A DNA stretch of 64,000 nucleotides from Alphaproteobacteria bacterium. GTDB lineage: Bacteria > Pseudomonadota > Alphaproteobacteria > UBA7887. Under the pieces are notes generated by a model. It did not search any database. It was given only the letters and a program-made list of their open reading frames with translations, and was not told the origin of the DNA. The DNA is taken from positions 1,059,219 through 1,123,218 of the forward strand of contig CBDEUQ010000003.1 in NCBI GenBank assembly GCA_965243325.1, read 5' to 3'. The position numbers and the translations under genes are program-made. Within the stretch, counting starts at the first letter, position 1. The number at the start of each line of letters is the position of its first letter. Shown here in pieces: positions 17,696 to 27,499 of this stretch.

Positions 17696-19501
17696 ATGCG
17701 GAACCACGCGAAACGAACAGGGTTCATCGCCGGTCTGGCGGGCGCCGCACTCTTCGCGGCCGCGGCCGCCGGCGACGTGACCCACGAACGTCTCGTCAAC
17801 AGCGAGGCGGAGCCGGAGAACTGGATCAACCACCACGGCAACTACGAGTCGCATCGCTTCTCGAGCCTGGACCAGATCAACCGCGACAACGTGCACGACC
17901 TCAGGGTCGCGTTCACGTGGGCGATGGGCGATACGCAGGGCGGCGGCGACGAGCTGATCGTCTGGCCGTTCTCCGGACTCGAGGGAACGCCGCTCGCCGA
18001 GGACGGCTTCCTCTATCTCACCACCGGCTGGGGCGTCGTCACCAAGCTCGACGTGCGCAGCGGCGGACCGCGGATGGTCTGGAAGTACGATCCGAAGGCC
18101 GACCGCGACTACGCGCCGACGGTGACGTGCTGCGGCATCAACAACCGCGGCGCCGCGCTGTACGGCGACCTCGTGATCTCCCCGGTGATCGACGGCCGGC
18201 TGATCGGGCTCGACAAGCGCGACGGCAGCCTCGTGTGGGAGGCGCAGGTCTCCGATCCCGGCAACGCCGAGGTCATCACCGGCGCGCCGCTGATCGTCAA
18301 GGACACGGTGGTGACCGGCATGGCCGGCGCCGAGTTCGGCGTGCGCGGCTACCTCGAGGCTCGTGACGCGCGCACCGGCGAATTCGTCTGGCGCACGTAC
18401 ATGATCCCCGGCGAGGGCGAACCGGGCAACGAGACGTGGAAGGACGACTACGGCGCCTGGAAGACGGGCGGCGCCACCACCTGGGTGACGGGCGCCTACG
18501 ACCCCGACCTCAACCTCATCATCTGGGGCACCGCCAACCCGGGGCCGGACTGGGACAACGCCTACCGTCCCGGCGACAACCTGTGGTCCGACAGCTCGGT
18601 CGCGCTCGACGCCGACACGGGCGAGTTCAAGTGGGGCTTCCAGCACACGCCGAACGACCCCTACGACTTCGACTCGATCGCCGAGCACACGCTGGTCGAC
18701 GGCATGATCAACGGCCAGTTCGTTCAGGCCGTGCTGCACGCCAACCGCAACGGCTTCGCCTACGCGCTCGACCGCACCAACGGCAAGTTCATCTGGGGCA
18801 CCCAGTTCGTCAAGCGCCTGAACTGGACCGACGGCCTCGACGAGAACGGCCGCCCGGTGTCCTACAACCCGGACGTGGACGTGCAGACGTACAACCCGGG
18901 CACCGCCGCGGCGCGCGGCAACGCCACCGAGGGGCGCGGCGAGATCGAGGGCTTCGTCTGCCCCGCGCACACCGGCGGCAAGAACTGGCCCCCGACGGCG
19001 TACAACCCGCACACCAACCTGTACTACATCCCGGTGATCGAGAGCTGCAACAAGGCGTTCGCCGAAGTGACGATTCCCGGCATGCACAAGCCGCGCGATC
19101 TGTTCCTCGGCGGCGCGCCGTTCTTCGACTTCTCGGGCGAGCACGGCCGCATCACCGGCAGCGTGACGGCGATCAACGTCGCCACCGGCATGGTGGTCGG
19201 CAAGTACGAGACCACCTTCCCGCTGCTCGGCGGCATGCTGACCACGGGCGGCGGCCTCGTCTTCACCGGCCTTGCCGAGGGCGAGGTGATCGCACTCGAC
19301 GCGGTGACGCTGGAGGAGCTGTGGCGCTTCGAGACCGGCTCGGCGATCAACGCGCCGCCGATGACCTTCTCAGTCAACGGCAAGCAGTACATCGCCATCG
19401 AAGTGGGCCTCGGCGGCGCCTGGCCGCAGTGGTTCACCGACTCGACGCCGGAGCTCAAGACCGCGGTGCCGAGCAACGTCCTCTACGTCTTCTCGCTGTA
19501 G
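17696..19501 (+). CDS. PQQ-dependent dehydrogenase (methanol/ethanol family)
   Basis: Signal peptide; vicinal CC (TCCGINNRG); GAEFGVRG; GTANPGP; NDPYDFDSIAE. Confidence 0.93.
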   Translation: MRNHAKRTGFIAGLAGAALFAAAAAGDVTHERLVNSEAEPENWINHHGNYESHRFSSLDQINRDNVHDLRVAFTWAMGDTQGGGDELIVWPFSGLEGTPLAEDGFLYLTTGWGVVTKLDVRSGGPRMVWKYDPKADRDYAPTVTCCGINNRGAALYGDLVISPVIDGRLIGLDKRDGSLVWEAQVSDPGNAEVITGAPLIVKDTVVTGMAGAEFGVRGYLEARDARTGEFVWRTYMIPGEGEPGNETWKDDYGAWKTGGATTWVTGAYDPDLNLIIWGTANPGPDWDNAYRPGDNLWSDSSVALDADTGEFKWGFQHTPNDPYDFDSIAEHTLVDGMINGQFVQAVLHANRNGFAYALDRTNGKFIWGTQFVKRLNWTDGLDENGRPVSYNPDVDVQTYNPGTAAARGNATEGRGEIEGFVCPAHTGGKNWPPTAYNPHTNLYYIPVIESCNKAFAEVTIPGMHKPRDLFLGGAPFFDFSGEHGRITGSVTAINVATGMVVGKYETTFPLLGGMLTTGGGLVFTGLAEGEVIALDAVTLEELWRFETGSAINAPPMTFSVNGKQYIAIEVGLGGAWPQWFTDSTPELKTAVPSNVLYVFSL

Positions 19502-19530
19502 ACTCCGCGGGACCGACAAGGACGGTAACG

Positions 19531-19568
19531 GGGGGGAGCGGACCGGCGGTCCGCTCCCCCTCCTCTTT
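19531..19568 (+). terminator. Hairpin/terminator after first PQQ dehydrogenase
   Basis: 12-bp stem GGGGAGCGGACC/GGTCCGCTCCCC with weak T tail. Confidence 0.55.
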
Positions 19569-19593
19569 ACCCATCCACCCTCCGGCGGACCCC

Positions 19594-19989
19594 ATGACGA
19601 CACGACGCGAAACCTCAAGCCGCGCCGCATTCCTGTTCGGCGCCGTATCGGTGCTGTTGGGCGCGGCCCTCGCCGGCCCGCCGGCGGCGGCCCAGGACGT
19701 GCCGCGGCGCGACGTCGCCGAGACGTTCGGCCTGTGCACGAGCTGCCACAAGGCCGACGGCCGGGGCGGACCCGGCTACGGCGGCTACGCCGCGAACCTC
19801 AGGACCACGCCGCTGACGGCCGAGGAGATTGTCCAGGTCCTGACCGACGGCCGCCAGGATCGCGGGATGCCACCGTTCAGCGAACTCCTCGAGCCGGGGG
19901 AGATGGCCGATCTGGCGACTTACATCCTCGTCGAGCTGCGCGACGAGCCCGAGGCGGAGGGCGAGGCCGCCGCCGACGCCGCCGAGTAG
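19594..19989 (+). CDS. Monoheme cytochrome c
   Basis: Signal peptide, CTSCH, distal GMPPF. Confidence 0.9.
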   Translation: MTTRRETSSRAAFLFGAVSVLLGAALAGPPAAAQDVPRRDVAETFGLCTSCHKADGRGGPGYGGYAANLRTTPLTAEEIVQVLTDGRQDRGMPPFSELLEPGEMADLATYILVELRDEPEAEGEAAADAAE

Positions 19990-20000
19990 GCGCCGGGCGG

Positions 20001-20414
20001 CTACTCCGCCGCCGGCTGCGCCGCGGCGAGCTGGTCGGCGGTCATTTTCTTCTCCAGGCGACGGCGCCACGCCTCCAGATAATCTTCGCCGGCGGCGATG
20101 GCCTCGCTCAGCCAGCGATGCGCCTGGACGTAGTCGCTGTGCGTGCCCTCGCCCATCTGCACGTAGACCATCTTGAGCAGCATTCGGCCGCCGCGGTAGC
20201 CGGCGTCGCGCGCCTTCTGCGCCCAGACGAAGGCCTCGCCGAGGTCGCCGCTCTCGCGCCCGGCGTGGTAGGCCTCGCGGCCGACCATGTACATGGCCAT
20301 GGGGTCGCCGTTCTCGGCCTTGCACAGGTTGCCCTCGGGCCCCTGCGGGCACGCGGCCTCCGCCGCACCCGCGACGACGAACGCAAGAACCCCGAACCAA
20401 ACCGCCTTCATCAT
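20001..20414 (-). CDS. Secreted Sel1-like repeat protein
   Basis: Signal peptide; AENGDPMAMY, DYVQAHRWLSEA, KKMTADQLAAA. Confidence 0.7.
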   Translation of the reverse strand: MMKAVWFGVLAFVVAGAAEAACPQGPEGNLCKAENGDPMAMYMVGREAYHAGRESGDLGEAFVWAQKARDAGYRGGRMLLKMVYVQMGEGTHSDYVQAHRWLSEAIAAGEDYLEAWRRRLEKKMTADQLAAAQPAAE

Positions 20415-20502
20415 TCCCGCCCTCGCTTCCGGTCTTCGTACCGGCGCCATTATCTCCGCCGGCGCGGCGCGGTCAAACGGCCCGGCGAAACACCGCCGCG
20501 CG

Positions 20503-21096
20503 TCACGGCTTGCGGGCGACGACGTGGAACAGGTGCCAGCGCTTCAAGGCGCCGCGCGGGGTGATCGATTCGGTCTCCTCTTCCTCGAGCATCTCGACCT
20601 CGAGCGGCGCCAGCAGCGCCTCGACCTCGGCGCGCGAGTGGAACGTCATCGTCGCGTCCCCGGCCCAGGCGTCACGGCGGCCGAAAAGCTGGCACGCCAC
20701 GCGCCCGCCGGAAACCAGCGAGGCGAGCGCGCGCGGCCAGAGGGCGGCGAAGCGGGCGGGCGGCACCAGCGGCAGCGCGAAGCTCGAGTTGACCAGCGCG
20801 CACGCCGTCCAGCGCGCCGCCTCGAAGCGCGCGACGCGCGTGTCCAGCGCCGCGCCGGCGGGCAGATCGCGGCGGCCGCGAAGCCCGGCAACCGCCTCCG
20901 CCTCGGCGTCGATGGCGAGCACCCGCCAGCCGCGCGCCAGCATGGCGACGGTGTCGCGGCCGGTGCCGCAGCCGAGGTCGACGGCACGGCGCCGCGCCGG
21001 CGGCGCGGCGTCGAAGCGGTCGAGCGCGAAGGCGAGGGTGCGCCGCGGCGGACCGGTGCCGGTCTTTTCGTAGTACTCCCGCCAGGCGCCGCTCAC
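20503..21096 (-). CDS. Class I SAM-dependent methyltransferase
   Basis: AVDLGCGTGRD motif I, VLAIDA; GTG overlaps upstream TGA. Confidence 0.88.
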   Translation of the reverse strand: MSGAWREYYEKTGTGPPRRTLAFALDRFDAAPPARRRAVDLGCGTGRDTVAMLARGWRVLAIDAEAEAVAGLRGRRDLPAGAALDTRVARFEAARWTACALVNSSFALPLVPPARFAALWPRALASLVSGGRVACQLFGRRDAWAGDATMTFHSRAEVEALLAPLEVEMLEEEETESITPRGALKRWHLFHVVARKP

Positions 21097-22010
21097 CCGG
21101 CGGCGGCGCGCCCCCGGTGCTGATAGCGCCACGGCCCGGCATAGCCCTGCGACCAGTCCGGCGGCACTTCGCAGCCGCGCGGGTCGTGGTGCGCCTGGCG
21201 CGCCGGCCGGCCGCGCACGATCGTTCCCGCGTAGGCGCTGGGGATCGGATTGGCCGTGTAGGGGAAGGCGTCGGCCGCCGAATACACGTTGAGCAGCAGC
21301 GGCCGCGCGCGATCCGACCGGTTGCGGCGCGAGCCGTGCACGGTGCGGCAGTTGAGCAGAATCATCGACCCGGCGGGGCCCCCGAGCGTCAGCACGCTGT
21401 CGGCGCCGTAGGCGGCCACGGTCTCTTCCGGGATGCGCAGCACCCAGTTGCGCTCGGCGTCGTACATGCTGTGCAACGGCCCCTCGTGGCTGCCGCGCAC
21501 CGCCAGCAGCGGCCCCATGTCCGGGCCGCAGTCCTCGAGATAGACGCCGACGGTGACGGGGCTGTAGTTGGTGTGCGGCCACGCCTGGATGTCCTGGTGC
21601 CAGTCGAACGAGTCGCCGCCCCGGCCCCACTTGTAGTTGAGCTTGGAGTGGTGGAACTTGACGTCGGGCCCGACGACGTCGGCCGCGGCGTCGGCGGCGG
21701 CGGAATCGCGGGCGAACTCCCAGAACTCGGGATGGTGCGATACCGGACTGGTCAGCCGCTTGAGGCGCGGAGCTACGGTGCTGTGCCCGTCCTCGAGAAT
21801 GCGCGCGCCGTCGCTCTCGACGAGGTCGCGCGCGGCGTCCACGGCGGCGGCGCTCGCCGCGCGCAGGCGCTCGAGCCAAGCGCCGCGGACGGCACCTTCG
21901 ACGAGCACCGCGCCGTCGTCGAAATAGGCCCGGCGCTGGGCCTCCGTCAGCACCCGGCAGGGGTGGGAAAGAACCTCCTCGGTCCGCATCGTCGTCTCCT
22001 CGCCGGTCAC
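21093..22010 (-). CDS. Phytanoyl-CoA dioxygenase-family Fe(II)/2OG oxygenase
   Basis: HSKLNYK, WHQD, VHGSRRNRSDRAR. Confidence 0.9.
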   Translation of the reverse strand: MTGEETTMRTEEVLSHPCRVLTEAQRRAYFDDGAVLVEGAVRGAWLERLRAASAAAVDAARDLVESDGARILEDGHSTVAPRLKRLTSPVSHHPEFWEFARDSAAADAAADVVGPDVKFHHSKLNYKWGRGGDSFDWHQDIQAWPHTNYSPVTVGVYLEDCGPDMGPLLAVRGSHEGPLHSMYDAERNWVLRIPEETVAAYGADSVLTLGGPAGSMILLNCRTVHGSRRNRSDRARPLLLNVYSAADAFPYTANPIPSAYAGTIVRGRPARQAHHDPRGCEVPPDWSQGYAGPWRYQHRGRAAAG

Positions 22011-22060
22011 CGTGCCGGCCCTGCGCAGCGTAGCGGCGAGGCGGCCGCCGGGGCAAGACG

Positions 22061-23340
22061 GGTAACGTCAAGAGTTATGTGTCAGGGAGACGGGGGTGCT
22101 GATTCCCTGAGACTTGTTTTCGTGGATGAATACCGCGTAGAGGACGCGGTCCATTGAGGTCCGGTCCTGGAAGGTTCCCATGGGCCGGGTTCGTCTGCGG
22201 ACCTCCCGGAACCTTCGTTCGATGGCGTTGGTGGTCCTGACCCGCTTTCGCTCATCGAGGGTCCGGTAGCGGAAGCAGGTGAGCAGCTCGTCGAGATCGC
22301 TGCGCAGGCAGGCGACGGCCTTGGGGTAGGTGCTTTGCCAGCGGTCGGCGAAGCGTCGGGCGGCGCTCTGGGCCTTGCGGCGGCTCTTTGCATTCATGAC
22401 GGCGTGGACATCGGCCTTGACGGCCTCCTGGTCGGCCTTGCGGACCTTGTTGAGGATGTTGCGCATCTTGTGCGCCCAGCACCTCTGAACCGGGATGCCG
22501 GGATAGACGAACGGCAAGGCAGCCAGCAGGCCCTTGCCGCCATCGACGCAGATCATCTCAAGGCCTTCGCCGGTGAGCCCGCGGTGGTACAGCCGGTTGA
22601 GGAACACTTCCCACTCGCGGGCGCCTTCGCTGACGGCGAGATGGAAGTCGATGATCTCCTTCTTGCCGTCGGGGCGGATGCCGAGCGCCACCAGGACCGG
22701 CCTCCTGAGCGCGCCGGCGCCGGTCTTGCGGGCCAGCACCACGCCGTCGAGCATCAGCGCCTTGTAGGCGTTCTTCAGCGGCCTGCGGTGGAAGGCCTCG
22801 ACCGCCATGTCGAGCGTCTTGGAGACCCGGCTCACCGTCGCGGCCGAGACCGGGCGCCCGAGCAGGGCCAGCAGGACCTCGCCCACCTTGCGCGTCGAAA
22901 GCCCCAGCACGAAGCCGGCCAGGATGGCACGGTCGATCTCCGGCGCGCGCCTTGCGTAGCTCTTCACAACCCCGGTCGGGCAGAAGTGCCGGGTGCGCGG
23001 CACGTTGAGCTCGATGTCGCCGAGCTCGCTCAGCAGGCAGCGGCGGTAGGTCCCGTTGCGCCGGTCGCGCATCGCGCCGGCGTCGAGGTTGTCGAGCCAG
23101 CGATCCACCGCCTCGGCCATCCGGCCCTCGATGATCTCGGCCAGCGCCTGGCGGCCGAGCGGGCGGTAGCCCTCGCCCCAGTCCAGTCCGCCTGCCTGCA
23201 TCTCCTTCACCACCTCAAAGGCCTGGGGTAGGCTCATGATCGTCGCAGCTTGCTGGGACATGCGGGGTGCTCCTGTTTGTGGTTGTCGTCACCACAGGGA
23301 GTACCCCCTTCCCACCTGACACATAAATTCTTACGTCACC
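22061..23340 (-). mobile_element. IS256-family element, copy C (1280 bp)
   Basis: Same IRs as copy B; 8-bp target duplication GCAAGACG at 22053-22060 and 23341-23348. Confidence 0.97.
22068..23261 (-). CDS. IS256 DDE transposase
   Basis: Same 397-aa protein as 4729..5922. Confidence 0.97.
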   Translation of the reverse strand: MSQQAATIMSLPQAFEVVKEMQAGGLDWGEGYRPLGRQALAEIIEGRMAEAVDRWLDNLDAGAMRDRRNGTYRRCLLSELGDIELNVPRTRHFCPTGVVKSYARRAPEIDRAILAGFVLGLSTRKVGEVLLALLGRPVSAATVSRVSKTLDMAVEAFHRRPLKNAYKALMLDGVVLARKTGAGALRRPVLVALGIRPDGKKEIIDFHLAVSEGAREWEVFLNRLYHRGLTGEGLEMICVDGGKGLLAALPFVYPGIPVQRCWAHKMRNILNKVRKADQEAVKADVHAVMNAKSRRKAQSAARRFADRWQSTYPKAVACLRSDLDELLTCFRYRTLDERKRVRTTNAIERRFREVRRRTRPMGTFQDRTSMDRVLYAVFIHENKSQGISTPVSLTHNS

Positions 23341-23417
23341 GCAAGACGCCGCCGCTGGCCGCGGGCGGCCGAGGCGCGTATGATGACCGCGGCATCCATG
23401 CGCGGAGACTTGACGCG

Positions 23418-23906
23418 ATGATACGCACCTTCCTCGTTGCGGCGGCGGTCGGCGCGGCGCTGGTCGCGACGGCGGCGACGGCGAACCGCCCCCCCAACCT
23501 CCTGCTCGCGCCGGCGGAGGAGGCGGAGCCGGCATCGCAGGGCCCGGACCTGCAGGCCGGATACGATGCGATCGACGCCGGCGACTACGAAACCGCCATC
23601 GTCGTGTTCGAGGCGGCGCTGGCGGCGCGGCCCGACGACGCCGAGGCGCATAACCAGCTCGGTTACGTGCACCGGCGGCTGCAGGACTTCGACCGCGCCT
23701 TCGAGCACTACCGCACGGCGCTCGCCATCGACCCGACGCACACCGGCGCCCACCACTACATCGGCGAGGCCTATCTCGAGACGGGCGATCTCGCGCGCGC
23801 CGAGGAGCACCTGGACGAACTCGACCTCATCTGCCTGTTCGGCTGCGACGACTATTACGAGCTCGAGCAGGCGGTTGCCCTTTACAAGGCGAACAACACG
23901 AGCTGA
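23418..23906 (+). CDS. Secreted TPR protein
   Basis: Signal peptide; AEAHNQLGY, ALAIDPTHTGAHHYIGEAYL, C-terminal CLFGCDDY. Confidence 0.85.
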   Translation: MIRTFLVAAAVGAALVATAATANRPPNLLLAPAEEAEPASQGPDLQAGYDAIDAGDYETAIVVFEAALAARPDDAEAHNQLGYVHRRLQDFDRAFEHYRTALAIDPTHTGAHHYIGEAYLETGDLARAEEHLDELDLICLFGCDDYYELEQAVALYKANNTS

Positions 23907-23960
23907 AGGGCGGCCGCCGGCGGCGGGAAGCGCGCCGGACCCGCATGCCCGCCGCCGTTC

Positions 23961-24863
23961 ATGGACCTCTGGATTCCGATCTCGGTCGGCGCCGCGTTCT
24001 TCCAGAACCTGCGCTCGGCGCTGCAGAAGCATCTCAAGACGAGCCTCGGGACGTCCGGCTCGACGTTCTCGCGCTTTCTGTTCGCGCTGCCGTTCGCGGC
24101 GCTCTACGTGCTCGTCCTGCACGCCGCGTTCGATCGCCCGATGCCGGCGCCGAACGCGGCGTTCCTCGCCTTCATCGTCGTCGGCGGCCTGTCGCAGATC
24201 GCCGCCACGGCGCTGCTGATCCACCTGTTCTCGCTGCGCAACTTCGCCGTCGGCACCGCCTACTCGAAGACCGAGCCGGTGCAGACGGCGATCTTCGGCC
24301 TCGTCGTGCTCGGCGACGCCGTGAGCCTCGCCGGCGCCGTCGCGATCCTGGTCAGCCTGTGCGGCGTGGTGATGATCTCGACGGCGCGGACAGAGGTCAC
24401 GCTGTGGTCGGTGTTCCGCCGCCTCGCCGACCGGCCGGCGCTGATCGGGATGGCGTCCGGCGCCGGCTTCGGCCTGTCGGCGGTGAGCTATCGCGCCGCC
24501 TCGCTGTCGCTCGGCGCCGACGGCTTTCTCATGCCGGCGGCGTTCACGCTGATGTCGGTCCTGCTGTTCCAGTCGCTGGCGATGGCGCTCTACCTGCGCT
24601 TACGCGAACCCGGGCAGGTCGGCGCCGTGCTCGCCGCGTGGCGGGTGACGGGTCTCGTCGGCCTGAGCGGCGCCATCACCTCCGTCGGCTGGTTCACCGC
24701 CATGACGCTGCAGAACGCGGCCTACGTCCGCGCCGTCGGCCAGATCGAGCTGGTGTTCACCTTCGTCGCCTCGACCCTGTTCTTCGGCGAGCGGTCCACG
24801 CGCACGGAGATCGCCGGAATCGTGCTGATCGTCGCGGGAATCCTGCTCCTGCTGCTGGCCTGA
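23961..24863 (+). CDS. DMT/EamA-family transporter
   Basis: About 10 TM helices; NFAVGTAYSKTE, NAAYVRAVGQIEL. Confidence 0.88.
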   Translation: MDLWIPISVGAAFFQNLRSALQKHLKTSLGTSGSTFSRFLFALPFAALYVLVLHAAFDRPMPAPNAAFLAFIVVGGLSQIAATALLIHLFSLRNFAVGTAYSKTEPVQTAIFGLVVLGDAVSLAGAVAILVSLCGVVMISTARTEVTLWSVFRRLADRPALIGMASGAGFGLSAVSYRAASLSLGADGFLMPAAFTLMSVLLFQSLAMALYLRLREPGQVGAVLAAWRVTGLVGLSGAITSVGWFTAMTLQNAAYVRAVGQIELVFTFVASTLFFGERSTRTEIAGIVLIVAGILLLLLA

Positions 24864-25117
24864 TCGCCGGCGGCGCCCCGCACGGTCCGACCCGGCGGCG
24901 ACGGAGCGAAACACTCTGTTGACGCCGCCGATTTGAACCGGGTACAAGCGCCCACAAGGTGTATTTCGACCCAAAGCTTGGTTGCGGCGGCCCGGACGGG
25001 AGCGCTATGCGAACGTTCGGCCACGCGGGTATGGACGGTCAGCTTGGGCGGTCGAAAGGCTCCGCCTCGCCGTGTGGGCGGGGCAGACTTGCAACGCATA
25101 TGGGAGGGTCATCCAGC

Positions 25118-26899
25118 ATGGACTCCGGATACCGACTGCCGATCGTCCGATCGGTTCAAACGGCGGCGGTCGCCGCAGCCGTGGCGGCGTTCGCCTATAC
25201 GCCGGCATCGGCGGATTCGAACGCGTCTCGGATCGTCAACTGCCCCGACAGCGACTGGTGCCACTATCATCGCACGGTCGACAAGGGATGGCGCCACAGC
25301 CCGCTCGCCCAGATCAACACCAGCAACGTCGCGGACCTGCGGCCGGCGTGGATCTTCCAGCCGGGCGAGGTGCGCATGGGCTATCACTCGACTCCGCTCG
25401 TGGTCGACGGCGAGATGTACGTCGCGCACAACCCGTCGTCCGTGTGGAAGCTCGACGCGGCGACCGGCGAGCGCCTGTGGTCCTTCGTTCCCGAGCAGGA
25501 CCAGGCGGTGATCGCGCGCTCGTTCTTCTCGCACACGCGCGGCCTTTCGGTCGGCGACGGGCGTGTCTACATGGGCACGGCCGACGGCCGCCAGATCGCC
25601 ATCGACGAGAACACGGGCGAAGTGATCTGGGACGTTCAGATCGTCGATTCGACGAAGGAGACGGCGGGCTTCTCGGGCGCGGCGACCTTCGTCAGCTCCG
25701 ACCTCTACATCGTCGGCCAGAACGGCGGCGAGTATCCGGTCGAGGGCAAGATCTTCGGCATCGACCCGAAGAACGGCGACATCAAGTGGACCTTCTACAC
25801 CACGGGCCGCGGCGACGAAGCGGCGCTGGCCACGTGGGGCGGCGATTCGTGGAAGTACGGCGGCGGCGGTTCCTGGCAGCCGGGCACGATCGACTTCGTC
25901 AACAACCAGATCCTCATGGGCACCGGCAACCCGAACCCCGACTACGACTATTGCGGGGACACCTGCCGCGACCCGAACACCGACGCGCATCGTCCGGGCG
26001 ACAACCTCTACACCTCGGCCACGATCGCGCTCGATCTCGATACGGGTGCGCTCAACTGGTACTTCATGGAAGCGCCGTCCGACCCGTACGACTACGACGC
26101 GGCGCCTGGCGAATACGTCATCATCGACACCGACGACGGCCGCCGGGTCGTCCTGCATCCGGGCAAGAACGGCTTCAACCACGTCCACGACGCGAAGACG
26201 GGCCAGCCGATCAACGTCTATCCCGACATGAAGAACCAGAACTGGACCACCGGTTTCAACCTCGAGACCGGCCAGTGGGAGAACATGTTGTGGCCGAAGG
26301 CCGACGAGAAGACCCTCGTCTGTCCGGCCATCGATGGCGGCCACAGCTGGAATGCCGGCTCCTACAGCCCGCAGACCGGCCTGTTCTACCGCGTGACCCA
26401 GGAGTGGTGCATGTGGCTGACCGTGGCGCCCAAGGGCGGTGCGGACTACATCACCGCGGGCGCGTCGGAGCGCATCACCGAGCCGTTCGCGCAGGCCTTC
26501 ATGGCCGCCGAGTGGATCGGCACGAACCCTCCGGGCGACACCACGCATGGCTTCATCACCGCGCGCGATCCGGTCTCCGGCGACCTCGCGTGGGAGAAGC
26601 GCTACGACATCATCCCGCACTCGGCGCTGATGTCGACGGGCGGCGGCCTGCTGTTCAACGCCACCACCGACGGCTGGGCCGAGGCGCTCGACGCCGAGAC
26701 CGGCGGCCTCTTGTGGCGGTTCAACAACGGCTCCGGCCATAACGGCGGCATCGTCTCCTACGAGGTGGGCGGCACGCAGTACGTCGCCATGGCCTCCGGT
26801 CACGGCTCGTACGTCGGCCGCGCGGTCGATAGCCTCAACAAGGACAAGCTGATCAACTATCAGGAGAGCGCGGCCATCATCGCGTTCTCGCTGCGCTAG
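25118..26899 (+). CDS. PQQ-dependent dehydrogenase, atypical (no vicinal CC)
   Basis: RBS GGAGG; signal peptide; STPLVVDGEMY, GGEYPVEG, GTGNPNP, SDPYDYDAAPGE. Confidence 0.9.
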   Translation: MDSGYRLPIVRSVQTAAVAAAVAAFAYTPASADSNASRIVNCPDSDWCHYHRTVDKGWRHSPLAQINTSNVADLRPAWIFQPGEVRMGYHSTPLVVDGEMYVAHNPSSVWKLDAATGERLWSFVPEQDQAVIARSFFSHTRGLSVGDGRVYMGTADGRQIAIDENTGEVIWDVQIVDSTKETAGFSGAATFVSSDLYIVGQNGGEYPVEGKIFGIDPKNGDIKWTFYTTGRGDEAALATWGGDSWKYGGGGSWQPGTIDFVNNQILMGTGNPNPDYDYCGDTCRDPNTDAHRPGDNLYTSATIALDLDTGALNWYFMEAPSDPYDYDAAPGEYVIIDTDDGRRVVLHPGKNGFNHVHDAKTGQPINVYPDMKNQNWTTGFNLETGQWENMLWPKADEKTLVCPAIDGGHSWNAGSYSPQTGLFYRVTQEWCMWLTVAPKGGADYITAGASERITEPFAQAFMAAEWIGTNPPGDTTHGFITARDPVSGDLAWEKRYDIIPHSALMSTGGGLLFNATTDGWAEALDAETGGLLWRFNNGSGHNGGIVSYEVGGTQYVAMASGHGSYVGRAVDSLNKDKLINYQESAAIIAFSLR

Positions 26900-26922
26900 A
26901 GCGAGACCTGCGGGTTCGTTCG

Positions 26923-26954
26923 GGGCGGGGAGCGCTTGCTCCCCGCCTTTTTTT
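26923..26954 (+). terminator. Intrinsic terminator
   Basis: GGCGGGGAGC/GCTCCCCGCC stem followed by T7. Confidence 0.85.
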
Positions 26955-27034
26955 CCTGTTTATCGACACCTCGACGACCGGCGCGGGGCGCGGCCGCGAC
27001 GGCTCGATATCGCCTACAGGAGTGCACGAGAAGA

Positions 27035-27454
27035 ATGACCATCCTGTCGAACGCCCGAACGCTCGCCGCCGCGGCGGCTTTCGCCCTCGCCTCGACCGCC
27101 GCCGCGCCCGCCACGGCGCAGGACGACGACCCGGCGAGCTGGTTCCCGAAGGCGAACCCCCTGTCGGGCGACGAGGAGGCGATCGCCGCCGGCAAGCCCC
27201 TGTTCGTCAACTGGTGCTCGCAATGCCACGGCCGCAAGGCCAACGGCAATGCGCGCTTCGAGAACCAGGCGGCGGACCTGACCAAGTACAAGCGCGGCTA
27301 CCCGCAGTTCGTCGTCACCATTCTCAACGGCCAGGAAGGGTTGATCGGCCTCATGCCGCCGCTCGGCGGCTATCTCGACGAAGACCAGATCGCGCAGATC
27401 GGCGCCTATCTCGAGACGCTGGCGATCGAAGGCGCCGACTGGGTGGCCGACTGA
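27035..27454 (+). CDS. Cytochrome c (c550/c551i-like)
   Basis: Signal peptide, NPLSGDEEAIAAGK, CSQCHG, LMPP. Confidence 0.9.
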   Translation: MTILSNARTLAAAAAFALASTAAAPATAQDDDPASWFPKANPLSGDEEAIAAGKPLFVNWCSQCHGRKANGNARFENQAADLTKYKRGYPQFVVTILNGQEGLIGLMPPLGGYLDEDQIAQIGAYLETLAIEGADWVAD

Positions 27455-27499
27455 CCGCCGCCCGCGGCGCGGCAACAGGCAAGCAAGGAGGTCTCGCAG

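Noticed and set aside
24915-25117. Riboswitch in the long leader of the second PQQ dehydrogenase
   Set aside because: Hairpins are present but match no riboswitch consensus I recognise; needs an Rfam search
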